From the IMG/VR virus record IMGVR_UViG_3300049731_000156, positions 1-37,715 of that record: a stretch of DNA of 37,715 nucleotides, one strand, 5' to 3'. Shown here one piece after another: positions 1 through 7,634 of this stretch. The first letter of the stretch is position 1. Each line of letters starts with the position of its first letter. A model generated the notes under the pieces. It saw nothing but the letters and a program-made list of their open reading frames with translations, did not search any database and was not told where the DNA came from. Made by a program: the position numbers and the translations under genes. The DNA comes from a virus (taxonomy: Duplodnaviria; Caudoviricetes).

Positions 1-99
1 AGCAGGGAAGGCGCTGCCGCCACCTCAGTCGGGCCGGCAGCCTACGGTTTCAGCGCCATTTACCGGCAGACGCTTTGGACCGGGACCGGTGCGGCGGCC
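1..99 (+). repeat. Exact copy of 37191-37289 (inside the capsid gene), chimeric contig start
   Basis: Base-by-base identity. It joins the 37664-37715 copy through the 9-nt microhomology GCGGCGGCC. Confidence 0.95.
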
Positions 100-142
100 T
101 GAAGTTCCTCAAGGACACGGGCCACCGTGAGACATTCACGGT
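91..142 (+). repeat. Terminal direct repeat (= 37664-37715), circularisation overlap
   Basis: 52-nt exact identity with the contig end. Confidence 0.95.
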
Positions 143-476
143 CGAGTCACTCTCGACCGTGTTCGTTGGCCTGATCGAGGAGGCGCGCTATTCCAACGAC
201 GTCGGCGAGGGCGGCTTCACCCCGGCCGCCAGCGCCACCCTGACGGTGGAGCGCGAGCAGTTCTGGTTTAGCCCGTGGATGGGGATGCGGGTCATGGTCT
301 GGGGCCGGGAGCATCAGGTGTCCGAGGTGTCGGAGAACCCCTACCGGTGGGTCCTTTCGCTCATCGTGTCCCATCCACGGGCGCACCAGGACCTGCCGAA
401 GTTCTGCAGGGTGCTGACGGGTGTCACCGGGACGCCGCTCTTCGGGCCCGCCCACAATCCACTCACTCCATCCTGA
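91..476 (+). CDS. 3' part of a putative head-tail joining protein (5' part at 37633-37715, starts MAASPVAKLLRGGLKF)
   Basis: The frame continues across the circular junction from ATG 37633. The gene directly follows the major capsid, and its beta-rich ~150-aa size fits a head-closure protein. Confidence 0.6.
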
Positions 477-481
477 TCAAT

Positions 482-688
482 ATGAGCGAAGTCACTACGG
501 TCGTCGGCCAGCCTGTGTCGGTCCAGAGCCTGCCCGTGGCCGATGTTCCGGCACCTGACGACTACCTGGTCCTCGATGGACCCACCGAAGGCACGCGCCG
601 CATCCTGGCCTCCGGCCTGGTGTCGCGGCTGGAATCCCGGCTCCAGGCCCTGGAAGAGCGCTTGGTCGCCCTGGAGGACGAAGTCTGA
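482..688 (+). CDS. Small virion-associated protein with fibre-type N-terminal motif and C-terminal coiled coil
   Basis: ATG 482. The motif LPVADVPAPDDYLVLDGPTEGTRRI is shared with 11035-11586, and the protein ends in the heptad-like LESRLQALEERLVALE. Confidence 0.65.
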   Translation: MSEVTTVVGQPVSVQSLPVADVPAPDDYLVLDGPTEGTRRILASGLVSRLESRLQALEERLVALEDEV

Positions 689-1539
689 TCCTGATCGCCA
701 CCGAAAGGGCCTTCGCACGGTTCCTCGTTGGAATCGCGGCCTTCCTTGTCACCGGCGACGGCAACTATGTCGTCTCGGACAAGGGGCTGATGATCCGCCT
801 TTCCAACGGTGCCGAGTTCCCGTTCCCGGTCCTGCGCGGCCAGGACGACCAGGAAGTCAGCGCACCCTGCCTGATCGTCTACGTCCAAGAGGGTGCCCAA
901 CTGGAGTTCGGCACCCTCACTCACCTGGTCACGGTCCAGCTCTCGCTCCTCTTCCCGAGCGACGAATCGATGGAACAGACGGAGCTCCTGGAGAAATTCG
1001 AGTACGCCTGCCAGCGGCTGGTGGAGGCCGTGTACCGGGACGATCTGCCGGAGCGCGTCAACGAGATGGGCGAGGGCGGGTTCCACCTCTCGCCGCCCTT
1101 GTCGAAGTGGGCCATCGAAAGCCAGTGGCAGAACCGCAACCGCGTCGTCCGGTTCCGCGCCCAGTTTCATGCCACCACGCTAACCCTGCCGTCCGTCCCT
1201 TCGGTCCCGCAGATTCTCTATATGGCTGGCGACGGGACAAACCATGCGCTTCACATCGTGAAGAAAGGCCCGGTTTACACCTACCAGGTCAACCAGGAGG
1301 ACGAGGCCGGCGAGGCGGTTCCGTTCAGCCTGTACCGGGCAGGCGACGGCACGCAGCACAAGGTCGGGGTCCAGGCCACTGGCGGCATCTACACACTCTT
1401 CGTGGACCAGGCCGACACGCCTGGCGAGGCGATCGATTCAATCGTATTCGCGGCTGACGACGGAACCCTGCATGAAACCAGCGTCGGCCTCAGCGGGACG
1501 GCGGTCTACACCTTCCAGGTCAATCAGCACGCAGCATGA
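685..1539 (+). CDS. Putative tail-completion/terminator-like protein with three C-terminal ~37-aa repeats (start CTG 685 or ATG 790)
   Basis: The frame is open from the CTGA overlap at 685. The C-terminal repeats read GDGT.H.......VYT.QV.Q. The ATGA overlap couples it to the next gene. Confidence 0.6.
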   Translation: MILIATERAFARFLVGIAAFLVTGDGNYVVSDKGLMIRLSNGAEFPFPVLRGQDDQEVSAPCLIVYVQEGAQLEFGTLTHLVTVQLSLLFPSDESMEQTELLEKFEYACQRLVEAVYRDDLPERVNEMGEGGFHLSPPLSKWAIESQWQNRNRVVRFRAQFHATTLTLPSVPSVPQILYMAGDGTNHALHIVKKGPVYTYQVNQEDEAGEAVPFSLYRAGDGTQHKVGVQATGGIYTLFVDQADTPGEAIDSIVFAADDGTLHETSVGLSGTAVYTFQVNQHAA

Positions 1540-2933
1540 AACGGATTTTCCTAGTGTCTTTCCTGGGCTTCCTCGGCCTCTCGACCCTGGCGCAGCAGTA
1601 TTCCGGCGTACTCGTGGACAGCGCCGCGAAGCTCAAGTATCCCACAAACCTTTTCGATGCGAACATCGTGCTGCTCACCAATGCGCTGACGTCCGCCGGT
1701 TACTCGCCCGGCGGGGGAGGCGGGAGCATCACCGACGGGGACAAGGGTGACATCACGGTTTCATCGGGCGGAACCGTCTGGACCGTGGACGCCACGGGCG
1801 CCGTGGTGGCGGGCAAACAACCGCTCGATGCGGATCTCACTTCGATTGCCGCACTCTCCACCACCACTTATGGGCGTAACCTGCTCACCCTGGCGGACAG
1901 CACCGCCGCCCTGTCCTCCATCGGTGCCCAGCCACTGGATTCCGACCTGACCGCAATCGCGGCCCTGGCAACGCTGGGATACGGGCGCACCTTCCTCACG
2001 ATTCCCGATGCTGCCGCTGCCAGGACTTATATCGACGCGCAGCAACTCGACCTGGATCTCACGGCGATTGCCGGCCTGACCACGACCACCTTCGGACGAG
2101 GTCTTCTCACTCTCAACGACGCGGCCGCAGGCCTGGCCGTCTTCGGCGCGCAACCGGCCGACCCGGACCTGACGGCAATCGCCGCACTCACAACCACGGC
2201 CTTCGGGCAGTCTCTCCTGACCCTCGCGGATGCCGGTGCGGGCAGGACCACGCTTGACGCGCAACAGGCGGATTCGGACCTGGACGATCTGGCGGACGGA
2301 TCGTTGACCGGGTCCAAGGTCGGCACCGGCATCGACGCCGGAAACATCACGGCTGGCTCGCTGGCGAGCGCGCGGATCGCGAACGACACGATCACCACGA
2401 ACCAGGTCGACGCCGCGTTTCGTTCGATGCTGGGTGGCAGCGGAGGTGCCGCGGTGGTGACGAAAACCATCTTCAACGGATCAGCCTCGCAAGGTCAGCC
2501 GCCGGCCGCCAATTACGCGACATTCGAGACGCGCAACACGATAGGTGTCCTGGCCTTCGACGCCGCTACGCAGGAAGCGAGCCGGTGGACGTTTCATCTT
2601 CCTACCGAATACACCTATGCTACCGGGGTTAACGTGGTCATTCAGACCGCGTCCACCGCCACGTCCGGCAACCTCCGCTTCGGCGCGCGCATCCAGCGGC
2701 TCACCGGGGTCGATATCGACGCAGACAGCTACGACACCGCAATCGAGACCACAGCGGCAACCAGTGGCACCGCCGGCCTGGTCACCGCGGTCACGATGGT
2801 GAATGTCCCGGTGGACGGCGCATCCCCTGGCGACCTGGTACAGCTTGAGATTTACCGCGACACGACCGACGCGGCGGACACGGTCAACAGCAACGACATT
2901 CAAGTCCTCGGCGTTCGCGTGAACCTGCCATGA
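1536..2933 (+). CDS. Signal-peptide-bearing tail-fibre-like repeat protein
   Basis: N-terminus MKRIFLVSFLGFLGLSTLA is Sec-like. There are four and a part 37-aa repeats (QPLD.DLT.IA.L...GR.LLTL.D) and a beta-rich C-terminal domain. Confidence 0.8.
   Translation: MKRIFLVSFLGFLGLSTLAQQYSGVLVDSAAKLKYPTNLFDANIVLLTNALTSAGYSPGGGGGSITDGDKGDITVSSGGTVWTVDATGAVVAGKQPLDADLTSIAALSTTTYGRNLLTLADSTAALSSIGAQPLDSDLTAIAALATLGYGRTFLTIPDAAAARTYIDAQQLDLDLTAIAGLTTTTFGRGLLTLNDAAAGLAVFGAQPADPDLTAIAALTTTAFGQSLLTLADAGAGRTTLDAQQADSDLDDLADGSLTGSKVGTGIDAGNITAGSLASARIANDTITTNQVDAAFRSMLGGSGGAAVVTKTIFNGSASQGQPPAANYATFETRNTIGVLAFDAATQEASRWTFHLPTEYTYATGVNVVIQTASTATSGNLRFGARIQRLTGVDIDADSYDTAIETTAATSGTAGLVTAVTMVNVPVDGASPGDLVQLEIYRDTTDAADTVNSNDIQVLGVRVNLP
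1818..2295 (+). repeat. 111-bp (37-aa) tandem coding repeats, four full and one partial
   Basis: Units start at 1818, 1929, 2040, 2151 and 2262 (QPLDADL / QPLDSDL / QQLDLDL / QPADPDL / QQADSDL). Confidence 0.9.
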
Positions 2934-3640
2934 AACGATTCCTTTTCCTGATTCCATTGTCTATCGCGTGCGCCGTGTTCGGGACGCGAGAGTTTAACGG
3001 TTCATCACAGTATGGAGCATTGCAATTACCGGCTGTAACGGGTTATCCGGTGACCATGTCCATTTGGGCACGCGCTAATAGCACCAATAACAGTGGCATA
3101 TTGTTATGTGTCCAGAAATCCACACACACGGCGCGCTTTGCCATATACTTGCAACAGGCCGGATACTTCCGTTGTGATGTCATTCCGACAAATGGATTCC
3201 CCGGCTGGACTCTTCAAAGTCCAAGCCCGTATCCATCAAATACGTGGCACCACATATGTAGCGTGTGGGCGTCTCCCACTCTGCGAAGCCTGTACGTGGA
3301 CGGAGCGCTGGCAACTTCCAGCAATGACCCGGCTCCAATGGAACCTACGCCGGGGATTGATGTCACCTATCTAGGCGCTCGTGGATCGGTCGGATCGCTT
3401 GGGCTCTTTGCCACAGCCGAAATGGTGGATGCTGCTGTGTGGAACATTGCACTTACCGCTGCTCAAGTGGCCGCCCTTGGTGCTGGGGCGGACCCTCGAA
3501 TGGTCTCTTCAACCCCGCCGACCTTCTACGCGCCTTTGTACGGGGAATCCGTTTTTGAGCCTAACTTGGTGGGTGTCGCAATTACCATGAGCAACGGGCC
3601 GGCAAAAGGTCCGTCCGGCCCGGGGATTTACCGCCCATGA
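2930..3640 (+). CDS. LamG/concanavalin-A-like jelly-roll protein with signal peptide; low GC
   Basis: LamG-type motifs FNGSSQY, TMSIWA, NTWHHIC, LYVDG, DAAVWNIALTAAQV. Hydrophobic N-terminus MKRFLFLIPLSIACAVFG. Confidence 0.85.
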   Translation: MKRFLFLIPLSIACAVFGTREFNGSSQYGALQLPAVTGYPVTMSIWARANSTNNSGILLCVQKSTHTARFAIYLQQAGYFRCDVIPTNGFPGWTLQSPSPYPSNTWHHICSVWASPTLRSLYVDGALATSSNDPAPMEPTPGIDVTYLGARGSVGSLGLFATAEMVDAAVWNIALTAAQVAALGAGADPRMVSSTPPTFYAPLYGESVFEPNLVGVAITMSNGPAKGPSGPGIYRP

Positions 3641-3837
3641 CCGCGACCCCGCCCCTGACTCTCTTCGACGACAACGCAGGCATTGTCGACGTGAGCGTTC
3701 GTCTCAAGGGCACGACCGTCACGCTTGAGTTCAGCCGGCGCATTTCCGGCGTCGAAATGACGCCATCCGATGCACGGCACCTGGCGTAACTTTTGCACCA
3801 TCTGGCGGGCAAACAAATGCGCGAAGAAGACCCATGA
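3637..3837 (+). pseudogene. Small ORF interrupted by in-frame TAA at 3787-3789
   Basis: ATGA-coupled to the upstream gene. After the TAA the frame continues (LLHHLAGKQMREEDP) to a TGA that forms an ATGA overlap with the 3834 start. Confidence 0.6.
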
Positions 3838-4577
3838 TCACCTTCGATTTCGACGACGTCGGTTATCAGAAGAAGGTCCGCCAGTTCGCGGCCTTGCAGC
3901 GCCAGAATCTCGGCGCCGTCGTCCGCGACGAGGCGCGCCTGGCGATCCTCGAATGCATTCGCAGAACCCCTCCGCTCAAGCCGGGAGCCCGGCCAGGTGG
4001 CAAGCGGGATGGCGAGCGCGCGGTTACCAAGGACATCGCCAAGGTGTTTCCCAACTTGAAGAAGATGTACCTCTACACGGAGAACACTCACTTCAAGAAG
4101 GCCGTCGACGAAGGCGACGTGAAGGTCATCGCCAGGATCTTAAGGCGTTCCAAGCGCTTCATCGGCGCCATCGACCAACCGGACCCTGCGACCCACCAGC
4201 AGGCCCGCGACTCCCGCGGCCGGGTGCGCCAGGGAGCCCAGTGGAGGGCGGTCACCATGGCCGAGGCGGTCGAACAGTACGCCGAGAAGGTCCGCGGGAT
4301 GGTGGGCTACGCCCGCAGCGGCTGGCGCAAGGCCGCCGAGCGCTTCGGCGCCAAGCTCGAAGGCTGGGTCTCGCGCCACAGCGGAGCTGGGCTGGTCGAG
4401 GACCGCACCCATGCCACGGAAACCCCAGTGGCCGAATGCGGCAACGCAGTGAAGTTCGCCCAGCGCTACGAAAAGGATCTCAAGATTGTCCGGTTCACCC
4501 TGGGACTGCGGAAGAAAACGCTTGAAGCCAAAATCCGGCGCGCCACCAACAAGTCATTCCTGGAATCCAACGTCTGA
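3834..4577 (+). CDS. Putative neck/tail-completion protein (HK97 gp10-like position and character)
   Basis: Basic 247-aa protein with RRTPP and VGYARSGW motifs, located just before the tail tube candidate. Confidence 0.55.
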   Translation: MITFDFDDVGYQKKVRQFAALQRQNLGAVVRDEARLAILECIRRTPPLKPGARPGGKRDGERAVTKDIAKVFPNLKKMYLYTENTHFKKAVDEGDVKVIARILRRSKRFIGAIDQPDPATHQQARDSRGRVRQGAQWRAVTMAEAVEQYAEKVRGMVGYARSGWRKAAERFGAKLEGWVSRHSGAGLVEDRTHATETPVAECGNAVKFAQRYEKDLKIVRFTLGLRKKTLEAKIRRATNKSFLESNV

Positions 4578-4583
4578 ACGCCT

Positions 4584-5039
4584 ATGAGCACCTTTCTCGG
4601 CCACGTCCTTCTGACCGGCCTGACGCCCGGCAGCAATCAGATCGTCACTGTCGGAGGCTACGGCACCTGCTTTGCCGACAGCGTCCCGCTCCAGCACGTC
4701 TCCCGGCTGACGGAGCACATCGGCGCCGACGGCCGCACGGGTGCGCTCCAGTGGGACGATGACCACTACGAACTGTCGATCACCTTCCGCCCAGCCAGGA
4801 CCACCGCCTCCGGCCCGTCCACGCCGCCTCACGAGTTCTTGTTCAAGAAGGGGTCCACGGTGGAACTATCCGGCTTCCACGCCATCGCGGAAACGATTGG
4901 CGCCGGACTCACCGAAGCCATCAACGGGAAATGGATTCTGGTAGGCGACACCACGGTCACCCTGAACGCAGCCGGGGCCGCGGATGTCACGCTTGCCCTC
5001 CGCCGGTATCCCGGAAATGCCGCGCTCACGCCCCCGTGA
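4584..5039 (+). CDS. Putative major tail (tube) protein
   Basis: 151-aa beta-rich protein placed before the chaperone and tape measure genes. Confidence 0.55.
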   Translation: MSTFLGHVLLTGLTPGSNQIVTVGGYGTCFADSVPLQHVSRLTEHIGADGRTGALQWDDDHYELSITFRPARTTASGPSTPPHEFLFKKGSTVELSGFHAIAETIGAGLTEAINGKWILVGDTTVTLNAAGAADVTLALRRYPGNAALTPP

Positions 5040-5605
5040 CCGATGCCACCGCCAGCTACTGCGCCCGCGTGTTCCCCCCAGAGTGGCGCGTGATGGGTGT
5101 CCTTCTTCACCCGCTCACCCTCGGGCACGCCCATCTTCTGTGTGCCGCCACCAACTGGCGGCCGTTCGAGCCCTACCACATGGACGACCAGCTCTTTGCG
5201 GCCGGTCTCTACATCTGCTCGCGTCCCTGGCGGAAGGTTCGCCTCGAATCCAATGCGCCCTATTGGTTTGCCTGCCGGCTCGCCATCCAGGGGCGCCTGG
5301 CAAGAGTCGACCTGGCGGAAAAGGGTGGTGCCTTCAGTGACTTCCTGCTCTGGCACACGAGCGGGCCCAGGGTGCGGCCCATCGTCGAAAAGACTGGCTC
5401 CGGTCCCGGTCGTCCCCTGGGCTCGCCCGTCCTGGCCCGGCTGCGGGCCTTCGCTGCGCCCCACGGCGGGATGGACGCCCTCTTCGGTGAGGTCTACTGG
5501 CTCTGGGCCGCCCAGGAGGAGGCGAGCGGAAACTTCCGCGTGCTCAACGAGGGCGAGACCTCTTTCGACGACTATTGCCAAGCTGAAGACGCCAGAGGGG
5601 GATGA
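5036..5605 (+). CDS. Putative tail assembly chaperone
   Basis: GTGA overlap at 5036. Lies between the tube and tape measure genes. Confidence 0.55.
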   Translation: MTDATASYCARVFPPEWRVMGVLLHPLTLGHAHLLCAATNWRPFEPYHMDDQLFAAGLYICSRPWRKVRLESNAPYWFACRLAIQGRLARVDLAEKGGAFSDFLLWHTSGPRVRPIVEKTGSGPGRPLGSPVLARLRAFAAPHGGMDALFGEVYWLWAAQEEASGNFRVLNEGETSFDDYCQAEDARGG

Positions 5606-5608
5606 TCC

Positions 5609-6511
5609 ATGCCCATCTGGGATCTCATCTTCAAGATCGGTGGGGACACCAAACCGCTCCGGCAGGACCTGGAGCGGGCCGGGGCGCACATGGAGGAGGC
5701 CGGCAAAAAGGTCGGCAAACGTTTCGGTTTGACCTGGAAAGACTCCCTGGCCGGCGTGGTCTTCACCGCCGCCGCGGCCGTCGGGACCGCGTTTTATAAG
5801 GCGATGGAACAGGCGGTGGACCGGGCCCGCGGTGCGGCAAAGCTCGGGATCGACGTGGAGGATTTTGACGCCCTCAAGGCGGTGGCCGACGCTACCGGGG
5901 TGGCAGCGGAAACCCTGGCTGACGCACTCAAGCGCGGCGGGGACGACGCCGCCCGGCTCCGCAAGGAGATGGCCGAGGCCAACAAGGGCCTGGTGGGTGC
6001 GAGCGAACGGGCCACCGGATTCAATCTCGCCTGGTCGAAAGCCATCGCCACCGGCCTGCAATCCTTCACGAACCTGGTCGGCCTCGGTGCCGGCGTCCTT
6101 TCCAATGTCGTCGGGGCCGGCGCCGGCGTGGTCAGTGGGCTCAAAACGTTGGTCAGCACCGGCAGTTTCAGCCAGGCCTATGAATCATTCACTGACCAGA
6201 TCGCCAGCGCTGACACGGCCGGTGACACAGCCCTGGCCAATCAGCGCGTGATGACCGGCAACGCGCTGATCCTGGAAAAGAAGAAGAAGGCCCGCGAGGA
6301 AGAGGAGAGAAAGAAAGCCGCCAGGACCGTCAAGGGCGAAGGCTTCGGCATGTCGGCCGATGCCCTGGCGCAGGTGGGCATTCTCTACAACCGATTCGGC
6401 ATGAACCAGGCCCAGCAACAGTGGCAGGATGACATGCTGGTCACCCTCAAGGCGGTCGAGCGCAACACCGCCACCACTTCGTCCGGTCCTCCAGGGCCCA
6501 TCACACGGTGA
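5609..6511 (+). CDS. Short tape measure protein
   Basis: TMP-like N-terminus (LIFKIGGDTKPLRQDL), Ala/Gly-rich helical body with hydrophobic stretches, charged C-terminus. Only 300 aa. Confidence 0.7.
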   Translation: MPIWDLIFKIGGDTKPLRQDLERAGAHMEEAGKKVGKRFGLTWKDSLAGVVFTAAAAVGTAFYKAMEQAVDRARGAAKLGIDVEDFDALKAVADATGVAAETLADALKRGGDDAARLRKEMAEANKGLVGASERATGFNLAWSKAIATGLQSFTNLVGLGAGVLSNVVGAGAGVVSGLKTLVSTGSFSQAYESFTDQIASADTAGDTALANQRVMTGNALILEKKKKAREEEERKKAARTVKGEGFGMSADALAQVGILYNRFGMNQAQQQWQDDMLVTLKAVERNTATTSSGPPGPITR

Positions 6512-7413
6512 GCATCTACACAGGCGATCAGAAGGTCCACGTCGAGACCCGCGAGGATTTCTCAAACGAGAACGGGTTCGTGACGGTCAAGACCTACCGT
6601 GGCACCGAGGAGCAGCTCAGGACTCAGCAGCAGGCCGACGCTGCCCTTGGGTACGCCACCCGCTGGGTTCAGCGCGAAGGCGTGTTCGAGCTGGAGACCA
6701 CCATCATGGAGCCGGATCGGAACCCGGACGGTTCCACCGGGGACAAGCCGCCCGTGGACGACTGGCAGATTGCCACCTCCTATGCCCAGGCACCCGTCTG
6801 GGGCGACGATTACCTGCGCGTCTACATCAAGGAGAACAACATCCCGGAACCGGACATCGACAACCTGGACGCGGCGGACGCCGTCATCTCCACGTACAAA
6901 GCCACATGCGAGGACAATAAAAAGAAATACTACAAGACCGACGGGACGGTGGACGAAACCAGGCCAGGGCCGACACCTAAAGAGAACTTCAAGCCTCTAT
7001 ATCGTAATAACGACCCGATCACTGATGCTACGGAACTCGCATTCCTAAAGGACTTTTACGATCAAACCGTCATCAAGGGTTCGGACAAGGTGAACGTGGC
7101 CCGGATCACGCTCACCCGTCGTCGCATCATGGGCTGGAAGCATGCCCTGCGTTACAAGGCGACTGGAGTCAACGTCGCGTGGGAACCCGACTTTTTCTAT
7201 ACAACGTTCAATGTGCCAGGCCATATCACGGCACTCCTGCCTGCGTTATCGTCCCTTCCTGATCCTCCCAAGCTGACCAAGTGGGGATGGACGCTGACCG
7301 CGCAGAGCCTTGAGACCTCCGGCACCGCCATCAGGGTTCAGGAACGGCTGGAGTGGGTTTTCGCACCGTTGCGAGTCTACACGTTCAAATTTGAGGTGCC
7401 GCCACCCCCATGA
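6508..7413 (+). CDS. Putative tail tip/distal tail structural protein
   Basis: GTGA-coupled directly after the tape measure gene; 301 aa. Confidence 0.55.
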   Translation: MSIYTGDQKVHVETREDFSNENGFVTVKTYRGTEEQLRTQQQADAALGYATRWVQREGVFELETTIMEPDRNPDGSTGDKPPVDDWQIATSYAQAPVWGDDYLRVYIKENNIPEPDIDNLDAADAVISTYKATCEDNKKKYYKTDGTVDETRPGPTPKENFKPLYRNNDPITDATELAFLKDFYDQTVIKGSDKVNVARITLTRRRIMGWKHALRYKATGVNVAWEPDFFYTTFNVPGHITALLPALSSLPDPPKLTKWGWTLTAQSLETSGTAIRVQERLEWVFAPLRVYTFKFEVPPPP

Positions 7414-7631
7414 TCGACCCGCCCAAAAGGCTGCCGGAAGGTTTCGGGCCATGGGGTGCGCTCTATGCCTGGCTCAATCGACTGCTTGAATTTGTTCTGT
7501 CGCTCGCGCCAGTACGGAGCGTGACGGTTCGTCATACGCGAACGTCGCTCGGGACGGCTTATGATGCCGAAGGCGGAGAGGGAGGACTTGAAATCCAGGG
7601 CGGGGAGCCATCCGTTCCAAGGTGGGGATGA
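7410..7631 (+). CDS. Small hypothetical tail-region protein
   Basis: ATGA-coupled; 73 aa. Confidence 0.6.
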   Translation: MIDPPKRLPEGFGPWGALYAWLNRLLEFVLSLAPVRSVTVRHTRTSLGTAYDAEGGEGGLEIQGGEPSVPRWG

Positions 7632-7634
7632 ACC

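Noticed and set aside
75-90. ORF-track start at TTG 75
   Set aside because: It lies in the chimeric first 90 nt. The real start is ATG 37633 across the circular junction.
3787-3789. Genome-wide stop-codon reassignment
   Set aside because: Only one gene shows an internal stop, and TAA, TAG and TGA all end other genes normally (e.g. 11586, 18999, 16044).
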